25,017 bases of DNA from a virus (IMGVR_UViG_3300042890_006720:1-25017), one strand, 5' to 3'; shown: positions 1 through 8,565, counted from the stretch's first letter. Made by a program: numbers and translations. Notes: generated from the letters alone by a model not told the origin.

Positions 1-1047
1 ATGCCATTTCATCCAAAATTTACTATTTCGTTGTCTATTGCGTCTGCGCTCACAGCAACTGAACGAACCCGAGGATTTTTAGAAGCAGCTCAACTCTCGA
101 AAGACTGGATAGCTAAAATGCAGGCGCGTGCTCTAATTTTAGAAGCACATCATACGACCCATATAGAAGGTACACATTTAAGCCTTGACCAATCCGAAAG
201 GCTAATAGCCGGTGAAAAAATGTCTGGTGTCGACTCTGAGGATGTCAAAGAACTTCTAAACTATAAAAAAGCTTTCGATTTCGTGGCAGATTATGTCTTT
301 TCACAGGGATTTATAACAGAAGGTCTTATTAGAGAGATCCATAGGCGGCTTGTCGAAGATGTAAGAGGGAATAGTGCTCAACCTGGGCAATATAGAGTCA
401 TTCAAAATTATGTAGCTAATTCTAAAACAAAAGAAATTATCTATACACCACCGGCTGCTTATGAAGTGCCAATTTTTATGGCTGAATTGGTGGACTGGTT
501 ACAAAATGAAAAAACCATTCCTCCAGTACTTTTAGCGGGAATTGCTCAATTTCAACTTGTTCATATACATCCATTTTTAGACGGAAATGGTCGAACAGCT
601 CGACTATTATCGACATTATGTCTCTATCGATCAGGTTATGATTTTAAAAAACTTTTTACTATTAGCGAATACTATGACCGAAACCGACAAGACTATTATC
701 ACGCCATTCAATCCGTCAGAAACAACAACATGGATATGACTTGTTGGCTTGAATATTTTTCTCGTGCTTTAGAAACGCAAATGCATGAAATCCAGCTTAA
801 AGGATCCCATGCAATGAAATTGGATGTTTTAGTGCTGGAATACAAACTTTCAGAACGACAAAAACAGGCTTTAGACTATTTGCTTGGAAGGAAAGAAGAC
901 TTTTCAATTCAGGATTATGAGTTGCTTTGCCCGGGAATCAATAGAAGATCTTTGCAGCGAGACCTTTCTGATTTAATAGAAAAAGGCCTCATTTCTCAAA
1001 ATGGTATTAAAAAAGCGGCTCGCTACAAAGTAAATCCTGTAAATTAA
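1..1047 (+). CDS. fic: Fic-family protein (AMP-transferase), class II, with C-terminal winged HTH
   Basis: Canonical catalytic motif [12 protein letters not shown] (nt 568-603), N-terminal inhibitory (S/T)xxxE(G/N) motif TTHIEG (nt 154-171), C-terminal wHTH-like segment [19 protein letters not shown]. Confidence 0.93.
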   Translation: MPFHPKFTISLSIASALTATERTRGFLEAAQLSKDWIAKMQARALILEAHHTTHIEGTHLSLDQSERLIAGEKMSGVDSEDVKELLNYKKAFDFVADYVFSQGFITEGLIREIHRRLVEDVRGNSAQPGQYRVIQNYVANSKTKEIIYTPPAAYEVPIFMAELVDWLQNEKTIPPVLLAGIAQFQLVHIHPFLDGNGRTARLLSTLCLYRSGYDFKKLFTISEYYDRNRQDYYHAIQSVRNNNMDMTCWLEYFSRALETQMHEIQLKGSHAMKLDVLVLEYKLSERQKQALDYLLGRKEDFSIQDYELLCPGINRRSLQRDLSDLIEKGLISQNGIKKAARYKVNPVN

Positions 1048-1050
1048 TTT

Positions 1051-1082
1051 TTTACGACATTTTTACGACACTCTTTACGACA
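1051..1082 (+). repeat. Three direct repeats of TTTACGACA
   Basis: Exact 9-mers at 1051-1059, 1062-1070 and 1074-1082; a degenerate inverted copy (TGTCGCTA) at 1098-1105. Confidence 0.85.
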
Positions 1083-1145
1083 AAAATAAATGAAAAGTGT
1101 CGCTATTCTAATTTTTGTGGGGAAAAGCAAGATAGATAAATTAAT

Positions 1146-1227
1146 CCACAAATCGACATTTGCAGATTTACGGATTGATTTTTATATATCAAAACTGATC
1201 CACAAATCTGCAAATGTCAATTTGCGG
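1146..1227. repeat. Imperfect 30-bp inverted repeat
   Basis: Arms 1146-1175 and 1198-1227 match at 26/30 positions, with a 22-nt spacer. Confidence 0.85.
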
Positions 1228-1266
1228 CCACTTTTTGGAATTAAGCAAGGCATCAGATAACTCGTC

Positions 1267-1310
1267 AAACCGGCGGATGAAACACAAAACAATGTTTCAT
1301 CCGCCGGTTT
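1267..1310. terminator. Perfect 18-bp hairpin, possible bidirectional intrinsic terminator or REP-like element
   Basis: AAACCGGCGGATGAAACA (1267-1284), 8-nt loop, TGTTTCATCCGCCGGTTT (1293-1310). The hairpin is certain; the terminator role is inferred. Confidence 0.55.
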
Positions 1311-1558
1311 TAGAGATATAAACATGGCGGAACACGCAAAATTTTGCTTTTGAATTACGAAACAGCTATTTCACGAATTCTCAACTATTATTTTTTTGTA
1401 CAACTATGATAAGCTGATTTTTAGAAAAGCTCTCCTCATTTTTAGAGGTCCGCTGAAATCAAGAACTCATCGACCCAAAGACGGCGGATTTTCTCGCTGT
1501 TACCACCAAGTACCCATCTTCCCAAAGTATTATTTTGATCTCTAACTCTTGGGAGTAT

Positions 1559-3016
1559 ATGGTTACGTATAATTTTGAGAAAAAATCCGCTGAAGAACAG
1601 AGCCGCGTCCCTCATAATGATGGATTTGTCAAAACTGATGGATGGATAAATGTCCTGACAGGGCTTGGCATGCGAGGACGCGATAAAAACGTCAATGCGC
1701 ACTTTCGGATGGAGAAAATATTCGAACAAGCCGAATTGGATCAACTTTACAGATCTGATGGCGTCACCCGCCGAATCATGGATATTGTGCCATCCGAAAT
1801 GATCAGGCAAGGATGGGAAATCGAGGGCGATTCAGACCAAGACATTAATCTAAAAATGGAGTCCATCAAAGCTAACTTTAATTTGATCACTCTGCTTCGA
1901 TGGGCCAGATTGTATGGGGGCGCTCTTTGCGTCATGGGAATTGCCGATGGGCTACCTCTTGAAGAACCTGTCGATGAGCGAAATATCAGGGATATAAAAT
2001 GGCTTCATGTGTTTGATCGCTATCAATCTTTCAGCAGAGATGGAACTTTCGAAAAGGATCTGAATAGCCCCAATTATGGCTATCCAAATGTCTATACTGT
2101 TAACGACACCCGCACTGGAGCGCTATTCTATGTACACCATTCCAGAATTCTACGTGTAGACTGGTCGATTTTGCCTCCAAGGCAGCAAAATTTCAATAAC
2201 GGTTGGGGCGATCCCCTTATTCAATCAATCTATGATGAACTTCGTAACTATTCCACGGCCTTTGCTAATGCAGGGCTTATCATGCAAGATTTTGTCAATT
2301 ACACTCTATCTATCCCTAATCTCGCAGAATTAATCGCTTCTCAATGCGCTGACAATCAAGTCATGAAGCGTCTTGACATACTCAATTTAACCAAAGGAGC
2401 AACCAATACGATGATATTGGATGCAGAGGAGAAATATGAAAAAGCCTCAACAAATATCTCAGGCATCCCTGAGCTTCTCGATCGTTTTATGCTGGCTCTA
2501 TCTGCGGTCTCTGGCATTCCAGTATCCCTCCTCTTCGGAAGAAGCGCCGCTGGCATGAATTCCACTGGAGATAACGATGTCAGAAATTTTTACGACATGG
2601 TCAAGCAGGAGCAAGAATCCAAGCTTAAGCCAGTCCTTGAAAAGCTCACTCGCTACATCATGCTCTCCAAGAATGGACCCTTCGCCGGAATCGAACCGGA
2701 CAACTGGTCCATCAAATTTGTCCCCCTATGGCAAAATACCGAAGAACAAGAAGCCATCGTCAGAAAAATCGTCGCGGAAACCGACGCCATTTATCTCGAC
2801 AGAGGAGTTCTTGACCCTGCTGAGGTGGCTGTTTCTCGTTTCGGTGGCAACCGTTGGTCTATGAATACTGAAGTGGATCTTGAAGGCCGTAAAAACGGTT
2901 TTGATCCAGAAGAAGTGGCTGAATTAGAAAAAGAGAAAAAAGCGCAGGAAACCCCTCCTCCAGGCATTGGGCCTGATTTTATGCCTACAGGAATCAGATA
3001 TCGCTCACCGGTATAA
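1559..3016 (+). CDS. Phage portal protein (DUF1073 / HI1409-like)
   Basis: Motifs DGWINVLTGLG, LYRSDGVTRRIMD, WARLYGG, HHSRI, SGIPVSLLFGRSAAGMNSTGDND..NFYD, F.PLWQ. ATG 1559 with GGGAG RBS preferred over TTG 1535. Confidence 0.9.
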   Translation: MVTYNFEKKSAEEQSRVPHNDGFVKTDGWINVLTGLGMRGRDKNVNAHFRMEKIFEQAELDQLYRSDGVTRRIMDIVPSEMIRQGWEIEGDSDQDINLKMESIKANFNLITLLRWARLYGGALCVMGIADGLPLEEPVDERNIRDIKWLHVFDRYQSFSRDGTFEKDLNSPNYGYPNVYTVNDTRTGALFYVHHSRILRVDWSILPPRQQNFNNGWGDPLIQSIYDELRNYSTAFANAGLIMQDFVNYTLSIPNLAELIASQCADNQVMKRLDILNLTKGATNTMILDAEEKYEKASTNISGIPELLDRFMLALSAVSGIPVSLLFGRSAAGMNSTGDNDVRNFYDMVKQEQESKLKPVLEKLTRYIMLSKNGPFAGIEPDNWSIKFVPLWQNTEEQEAIVRKIVAETDAIYLDRGVLDPAEVAVSRFGGNRWSMNTEVDLEGRKNGFDPEEVAELEKEKKAQETPPPGIGPDFMPTGIRYRSPV

Positions 3017-3018
3017 CC

Positions 3019-3870
3019 ATGGTTTCTATTGATCAGCTTGCTAAAATTCAACAGAGGCGCATGGGGAAGCTTCAAACAGCAAAGATGAAAAAACCTCCTA
3101 AATGGCATCCACCATCTTCTCAAGAAAGAGAATATATGAGAGTGCTTTTCTCTTTAACAAACGAATTAAAAAACCTCATCAAAGAAATCATTATTCCAGC
3201 ACTCCCCTCTCTGATTTTAGAAGTGGAACAGCTCTATCCAACATCTCCGGCAAGGGGCGATGATTTTTCTGATGCATTAAAAAGATTGATAAATTCTGTA
3301 ATACACGCTATAAAGGGTAAAGTTGAAGAAACCATAGCGGAATCAAAAATAATTGGCGTACAAGTCGCCAGATACAATAAAAGGCAGTTCGATAGAATCA
3401 ATAATTCCGTTTTCGGTATTGATATTTTTATCGACCAGCCTTGGCTTCAAGACCAGTTAAAATTGTTCGGAAGCCAAAATGCTCAATTAATCCGCTCTCT
3501 TCCAGCACAAGAACTCGAACAGGTCGCACAGATCATCGAGAGAGGCTTGCAGGAAGGAAGCAGATTTCACTCAATGACTCAATCAATCCAAGAAAGATTC
3601 GGAATTACTAGACGGCGCGCGAAATTAATCGCGAGAGATCAGACATCTAAATTGAATGCGAGCCTAACAAAACTTAGGCAGCAAGAATTGGGTGTCGAGG
3701 AATACATCTGGCAAACGGCAGGCGATGAAAGAGTTCGTCCTACCCACAAAGCCCATGATGGTAAGAAATTTCGTTGGGACAATCCCCCGAAAGATTCTGG
3801 GCATCCGGGAACTGACATCAATTGCCGATGTGTCGCTGTTCCAGTTTTAGAAGGACTCTTAGATATCTAG
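3019..3870 (+). CDS. Head morphogenesis / minor capsid protein (SPP1 gp7, Mu gpF family)
   Basis: RAKLIARDQTSK, YIWQTAGDERVRPTH, HPGTDINCRC motifs; directly follows the portal. Confidence 0.92.
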   Translation: MVSIDQLAKIQQRRMGKLQTAKMKKPPKWHPPSSQEREYMRVLFSLTNELKNLIKEIIIPALPSLILEVEQLYPTSPARGDDFSDALKRLINSVIHAIKGKVEETIAESKIIGVQVARYNKRQFDRINNSVFGIDIFIDQPWLQDQLKLFGSQNAQLIRSLPAQELEQVAQIIERGLQEGSRFHSMTQSIQERFGITRRRAKLIARDQTSKLNASLTKLRQQELGVEEYIWQTAGDERVRPTHKAHDGKKFRWDNPPKDSGHPGTDINCRCVAVPVLEGLLDI

Positions 3871-3872
3871 AC

Positions 3873-3940
3873 TCAACCAATCATCTATCCAACCAATAAG
3901 ATTTCCAGCTACCCAACCATCCAGCTAGCCAGTTAACCAA
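3873..3940. repeat. Period-4 YYAN tract
   Basis: TCAA CCAA TCAT CTAT CCAA CCAA [8 nt] CCAG CTAC CCAA CCAT CCAG CTAG CCAG TTAA CCAA; 15 units, all in phase. Confidence 0.75.
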
Positions 3941-3994
3941 CTTATTCGAATTGAAAAAGTTGTGATTTTAATATTTTGATTTTTGGGTAGAGAA

Positions 3995-5287
3995 ATGAAA
4001 TTAAATGATGTTGCTCGTTTCGATAGAGGACAAGTCAAAGGCGATGCCTTCATTACAGATGAAGGGTACATCAAAGCCAATGCCATAGTCACCCGCACGG
4101 GTGTTTTTCTCTATAAAAACCCAGATGGAACTATTCGCAAAGAACTGCGTCATCCCGACGAAGTTTTCAAAACAGACAGCCTGGACAGCATGAAAATGAT
4201 TCCTGTGACAAATGGGCATCCTCAAGAACGCCTTGTCTCGGCAGAAAACGCCAAGCGTCTTGCCATTGGCTATACAGGGGAAACAATTACCCAAGACGGT
4301 GAGTTCGTTCTTTCAAATTTAGTTATTACAGATCTTGCGAGTGTTAAAGACGTTACCGACAAGAACCGTAGAGAACTGTCTCTTGGTTACACCGTCGATC
4401 TCATCCCGGAAGAAGGAAGCTACAACGGCCAGCCTTATAACTTCCGTCAATCCAATATCAAATACAACCACTTAAGCATTGTTGACAATGCCAGAGCAGG
4501 CAGCGAGGCAAGAATCGCATTAGATAGTTTCGATGCAGAAGAAATCTTAATAGAGGAGGCCAATATGGCTAAAAGGAAAGTCAAAATTGACGATGACGAG
4601 ATTTTGATGGAGGACAATGTAGCTAATCAAGTTGAGCAGCTGCTTGCCCGCATCGCAAATCTCGAAGCAGAAAATAGCAGGATAGCTGAAGAAAAAGACA
4701 AGCTGTCCGCTGAACTCAACTCAATAAAAAATGGGGATGTCGACCTCGAAGAAGAGGAAGACGAGGGGGAGGAAAAGGAAGAAAAAGAAGTGGGTTACAT
4801 GTCTAAGGAAAATCCTTATGCAACCCATGAAACTCCTGTGAAAGCTCCCAATGGTGAACGCGTTCCCATGAAGCCTCAGGACAAGGAGAAAAGAGAGAAT
4901 GACAAATACAACAACATGGACGCTGCATTTATCAGATCTCTCGTTAGAGAAAGGGTCAAGCTGCAAAAAGTTGCAGAAAGCGTCCTGGACTCTAAAGCCT
5001 TGGCCAGAATTGATGATATGTCCGACTTGGAAATCAAGAAGGAAGTCATCAGAGCCCGCCAAAAAAACGCAAATTTAGACGGGAAGACTGCTGTTTATAT
5101 CCAAGCGAGATTCGATGCTCTACTTGAAGATATGACTCCTGTTTCATCCCAAGTCATTGCAACCCCAGTCGAATACAGAACTAAACTCGATCAGCAGCCT
5201 GTCGATTCTTCCATGGCTCGCCAAGCGATGATCGACAAGATGAAAAATGGTTTCAAGCCCGGAGGTAAAATACCATGCCACAACTAA
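3995..5287 (+). CDS. DUF2213 prohead protease / scaffold fusion protein
   Basis: N-terminal TRTGVFLY, ELRHPDEVF..DSLDS, PVTNGHP, RELSLGY, YNHLSIVDNARAG; C-terminal acidic coiled-coil region. ATG 3995 preferred over TTG 3983. Confidence 0.88.
   Translation: MKLNDVARFDRGQVKGDAFITDEGYIKANAIVTRTGVFLYKNPDGTIRKELRHPDEVFKTDSLDSMKMIPVTNGHPQERLVSAENAKRLAIGYTGETITQDGEFVLSNLVITDLASVKDVTDKNRRELSLGYTVDLIPEEGSYNGQPYNFRQSNIKYNHLSIVDNARAGSEARIALDSFDAEEILIEEANMAKRKVKIDDDEILMEDNVANQVEQLLARIANLEAENSRIAEEKDKLSAELNSIKNGDVDLEEEEDEGEEKEEKEVGYMSKENPYATHETPVKAPNGERVPMKPQDKEKRENDKYNNMDAAFIRSLVRERVKLQKVAESVLDSKALARIDDMSDLEIKKEVIRARQKNANLDGKTAVYIQARFDALLEDMTPVSSQVIATPVEYRTKLDQQPVDSSMARQAMIDKMKNGFKPGGKIPCHN
4565..5287 (+). 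CDS. Putative nested in-frame scaffold protein (internal start, 240 aa)
   Basis: GAGGAGG Shine-Dalgarno just upstream of in-frame ATG 4565 (MAKRKVKIDD...), at the protease/coiled-coil boundary. Confidence 0.6.
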   Translation: MAKRKVKIDDDEILMEDNVANQVEQLLARIANLEAENSRIAEEKDKLSAELNSIKNGDVDLEEEEDEGEEKEEKEVGYMSKENPYATHETPVKAPNGERVPMKPQDKEKRENDKYNNMDAAFIRSLVRERVKLQKVAESVLDSKALARIDDMSDLEIKKEVIRARQKNANLDGKTAVYIQARFDALLEDMTPVSSQVIATPVEYRTKLDQQPVDSSMARQAMIDKMKNGFKPGGKIPCHN

Positions 5288-6057
5288 GCTATCCCTTTTT
5301 AATGGATGTCGGGAGCGTAGGTCTTTTAGCCGATTCCGGCTTTAAAAACGTCCTTTCTCCTATAGCATTTGAGAATTTTAACGTGGGTCTCGGACTTGCG
5401 AAAGTAATTGGTCAAGATTACATCGTACGCCTTCCTCAGTCCAACCTATCGACAATTGTCCTAAGTGCAGACTTGGTCACATCCAATGTGATTAACGTAA
5501 GTGTAAATGGGATAGCACTAGCACCCATTACATTTGCAACTTCACACCTGGCAACAATGAACACTATTGCTGCTGCTATTTTAGCTCAACCAAATATTGC
5601 TTCAGCGATAGTTGGAGGGGCAAACAATAGAACAATAACTGTTACGGCAACAGAAAGTAAAATTGCTATTGTTAACTCATTTGTAGTGACTCTTGGTGCA
5701 TCGCAAGCCACAGCAACCATCACGAATACTACTCAAGATACCTTCTATGGAGTTGGTGCGAGAACTCAAAATAAACCGAATCCTTTGAATACTCTTGGGT
5801 CATTTGGAAATCCGATTTATTTCCAAGGAGATTGCGTATCTCTGCTTACCAGAGGTCGTGTCTATGTAGCAGCAGAACAGAACCTAACAAGCGATAGCCC
5901 AGTTTACTGGAGATTTGCCGCCAATGGTCTTCTGCTTCCTGGTGGATTCCGTGCGGATTCAGACGGAGGCCGCGCTATTGCGCTTCCAGCTGCAAGGTAC
6001 ACTGTTGGAGCTACAGCTGGTGCTGTTGCAACGTTAGAAATCAACTTGCCGAACTAA
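5275..6057 (+). CDS. Capsid decoration / cement protein with an inserted ~92-aa domain
   Basis: Position between scaffold and major capsid; Y..GDCVSLLTRGRVYV and VYWR...G.F motifs typical of these decoration proteins; insert at residues ~59-150. Confidence 0.75.
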   Translation: MPQLSYPFLMDVGSVGLLADSGFKNVLSPIAFENFNVGLGLAKVIGQDYIVRLPQSNLSTIVLSADLVTSNVINVSVNGIALAPITFATSHLATMNTIAAAILAQPNIASAIVGGANNRTITVTATESKIAIVNSFVVTLGASQATATITNTTQDTFYGVGARTQNKPNPLNTLGSFGNPIYFQGDCVSLLTRGRVYVAAEQNLTSDSPVYWRFAANGLLLPGGFRADSDGGRAIALPAARYTVGATAGAVATLEINLPN

Positions 6058-6069
6058 GGAGAAGGTAAA

Positions 6070-6999
6070 ATGGATAAAATTGTTACTGTTAATCTCGACT
6101 CGGCAGAGACTGCTTTCTTTGCTCGTGAGCTCGAGTACATAAAATCAAAGTCGTACGACATTGAGTTCCCTCCACTCAAAGCGATCAAGCTAATTCCTGT
6201 TAGCACAGAAGCTGGTGCGGGTGCGGAATCGATCACTTACCAATCGTTTGAAGAAACCGGTCTCGCTCGAATCATTTCGAGCTATGCCGATGACTTCCCT
6301 CGTTGCGATATCCGCGGTAAGGAATTCATCACTCCAGTGAAATCTATTGGAGCTAGCTATGGTTATTCGATGCAAGAGATTAGAGCTGCGATGTTTGTAG
6401 GGCGAAGCCTCACACAACGTCAAGCCAACGCCACTCGAAGAGCTAATGATCAAAAGGTGAACAGGCTTGCTTGGTTTGGAGATAATGCCTCCAATATCCT
6501 CGGTCTAACTAATAACCCAAATATCCCAGCAGCATCCGTTCCTGCCGATGGTACCGGAGCTTCTACTCTTTGGGTTAATAAAACACCCGATCAAATTTTG
6601 CGCGATATGAACCAATTATCAAACGGTATTGTAGGCCTCACAAATGGGGTTGAAATGCCTAATACATTGATTCTTCCTATCGACCAATACACTTTGATCT
6701 CTTCAACTCCTCGTTCCGCTAACAGCGACACGACGATTTTAGAGTATTTCATTCAGAACAATCCTTTCATCACAACTGTGGACTGGGTTCCTGAATTGAA
6801 GGGTGCTGGTCCTGGCGGCGTTGACATCATGATCGCTTATGAGAAGAACCCTGATAAGCTCACGATGGAGATTCCAATGCCATTTACTCAATATCCGCCT
6901 CAAGAACGCGGTCTTGAGTTCATCATCAACTGCGAATCTCGATATGGCGGGATCATCATCTATTACCCGCTTTCATTGTCTATCGGGGAGGGAATCTAA
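6070..6999 (+). CDS. Major capsid protein (DUF2184, HK97 fold)
   Basis: FFARELEYI, YGYSMQEI.AA, AWFGD....GLTNNPN, W..KTPDQIL.D, PNTLILP, G..IYYPL motifs; 309 aa; AAGGAG RBS. Confidence 0.92.
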   Translation: MDKIVTVNLDSAETAFFARELEYIKSKSYDIEFPPLKAIKLIPVSTEAGAGAESITYQSFEETGLARIISSYADDFPRCDIRGKEFITPVKSIGASYGYSMQEIRAAMFVGRSLTQRQANATRRANDQKVNRLAWFGDNASNILGLTNNPNIPAASVPADGTGASTLWVNKTPDQILRDMNQLSNGIVGLTNGVEMPNTLILPIDQYTLISSTPRSANSDTTILEYFIQNNPFITTVDWVPELKGAGPGGVDIMIAYEKNPDKLTMEIPMPFTQYPPQERGLEFIINCESRYGGIIIYYPLSLSIGEGI

Positions 7000-7382
7000 T
7001 GGCTCTAGTCAAGTACAACGGTAAAAACGTCTACTATTGTAACTTCACCAGCCGCCTGATGCCAGGGATCAATGAGATTCCGGAGGGCGAACTCAAAGCC
7101 CTCCTCCTTCACCCTTTATTTCAACACAGGGTCGAAGAAGGGATCATCGTGATTATTCCCGAATCTTCAGACAAGGAAGCGGATGGCAAGAAGTCGGTTA
7201 AGGAGATGATGAAACTCATCCCTCAAATTTATGACCACGCCTATCTGACTCGAATTATCGATGAAGATGGTCGTGACAAAGTCGTAGATGCAGCTAAAAA
7301 ACAGCTTCATAAAATTTCTCATCAAGCGGAGGAAGAGGAAAATGAGCATTTCGGATCCAATACCAAGTCAAACGATAATTGA
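6999..7382 (+). CDS. Hypothetical protein downstream of the major capsid gene
   Basis: 127 aa, translationally coupled (TAATG); L.PG.N N-terminal motif and helical C-terminus, as often seen at this position. Confidence 0.7.
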   Translation: MALVKYNGKNVYYCNFTSRLMPGINEIPEGELKALLLHPLFQHRVEEGIIVIIPESSDKEADGKKSVKEMMKLIPQIYDHAYLTRIIDEDGRDKVVDAAKKQLHKISHQAEEEENEHFGSNTKSNDN

Positions 7383-7755
7383 TACGTTATTCGTTATTGC
7401 ACCGCAGTTCTATACGACCGATCCAACGAAGTTGGCTAACTACAATACCATGATTGGTTTGTTGAGATGCCAAGTCAATGAACAGGTCTTATCTTGCTGC
7501 GGCGTGCTAGCCTACGTCTATCTTTTGGCTCATTGGCTTCAATTGCAAACCAGTCCTCAAACAGGAGTGGCTACTAATCTCAGCGAAGGAGAACTGTCCA
7601 TTGGGCTTGCAATCTCGCCCGATTCCTCCATCCTGAATGCCACCCAATATGGCAGGTTGTACAAAGATTTGATCAAACGAACCGTCATCGGTTCAACTGT
7701 AACGAATTTACCCCCTAATTTTGCGGTGATCAATGCGTGCTGTTGTCAAGGATAA
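7342..7755 (+). CDS. Head-tail adaptor / neck protein (DUF4054-like)
   Basis: APQF, LLAHWL, SEGELS, L.ATQYG..Y motifs. Start set at ATG 7342 (GAGGAA RBS) rather than 7288. Confidence 0.8.
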   Translation: MSISDPIPSQTIIDTLFVIAPQFYTTDPTKLANYNTMIGLLRCQVNEQVLSCCGVLAYVYLLAHWLQLQTSPQTGVATNLSEGELSIGLAISPDSSILNATQYGRLYKDLIKRTVIGSTVTNLPPNFAVINACCCQG

Positions 7756-8212
7756 GGATCTAGGATTTGATGAAATCCAACGGCAAATTGCTTTGCTCGA
7801 TGGCTCCTACGTCAATGTCGGTTTTCAAGAGGGAACCGCCACAAAGACACAGGTAAAAGGACAGCGGAAGCAAACTGCTGGACTTTCAATTCCTCAAATA
7901 GCAGCTGGGAATGAATTCGGGACGAATATTCCAGCCAGACCCTTTATGTCTACAAGCTTCGATGAGAACAAGGCATTAATAAACAAGGCGATACAAGGCG
8001 AATACACTAAAATTTTGGACGGTAAAAGAACAGCAGAAAAATCCTTAGGATTGATAGGACAGCTAATGACAAAACTAATTGTTCAAAAAATCCGTGCAAT
8101 TGTTTCCCCTCCCAACTCTCCAAGGACTATCGCTATTAAGAAGAGCTCCAAACCTTTAATTGACTTCGGTCAGATGGTGCAGTCAGTGCGCTATAAGGTG
8201 GTACTCAAATGA
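7733..8212 (+). CDS. Neck / tail-completion protein (HK97 gp10-like)
   Basis: NEFGT.IPARPF and PPNSPRTI..K.SSKPLID.G.M..SV motifs. Confidence 0.8.
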   Translation: MRAVVKDKDLGFDEIQRQIALLDGSYVNVGFQEGTATKTQVKGQRKQTAGLSIPQIAAGNEFGTNIPARPFMSTSFDENKALINKAIQGEYTKILDGKRTAEKSLGLIGQLMTKLIVQKIRAIVSPPNSPRTIAIKKSSKPLIDFGQMVQSVRYKVVLK

Positions 8213-8565
8213 CATCGCCATTTGAAATCTTTCGCTCTCCAGTAATACTTCGTCGCTTTCAAAGCGGAGGTTATACGAATGGACGCTGGATTGATGGCGC
8301 TTACACAGATACACAAATAACTTCCAGCATCCAGCCTATGAAGGGTGAAGAAATGCAGGAGCTGCCAGAGGCAAGAAGAGATTCAGAAGGTTATAAGCTT
8401 TTTACCTCAACCCTCATTAACACTGTCACGAGTGTAAATCCCGACCTAGTTCTTTTCTTCGGGAAAACTTTTGAAGTAGTTCAGGTTTTTCCATGGCAAA
8501 ACGCACCGGCAATGGGGTTGGTAAACCATTATAAATACTTAGTTTTAAGGCTCGAAGGACAATAA
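8209..8565 (+). CDS. Putative head-closure protein
   Basis: G.Y.NGRW, SIQP....MQELPE..R, D......FEV, W......HYKY pattern; position in the neck cluster. Confidence 0.7.
   Translation: MTSPFEIFRSPVILRRFQSGGYTNGRWIDGAYTDTQITSSIQPMKGEEMQELPEARRDSEGYKLFTSTLINTVTSVNPDLVLFFGKTFEVVQVFPWQNAPAMGLVNHYKYLVLRLEGQ

Noticed and set aside
1051-1310. CRISPR array
   Set aside because: Repeats are only 9 bp or inverted, with no unique ~30-bp spacers and no cas genes.
1411-1558. Terminase large-subunit remnant upstream of the portal
   Set aside because: Forward-frame translations show no terL nuclease-like motif such as HDD..DA.
1442-1810. 122-aa minus-strand ORF overlapping the portal start
   Set aside because: Mostly antisense to the well-supported portal gene, with no recognisable motif.
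1559-3016. Anti-CBASS Acb1 label sometimes attached to DUF1073 proteins
   Set aside because: Size, motifs and position before the gp7-like gene indicate a portal protein.
3951-3979. Sigma70 promoter upstream of the protease gene
   Set aside because: TTGAAA is present at 3951-3956 but no good -10 hexamer lies at 16-18 bp spacing.
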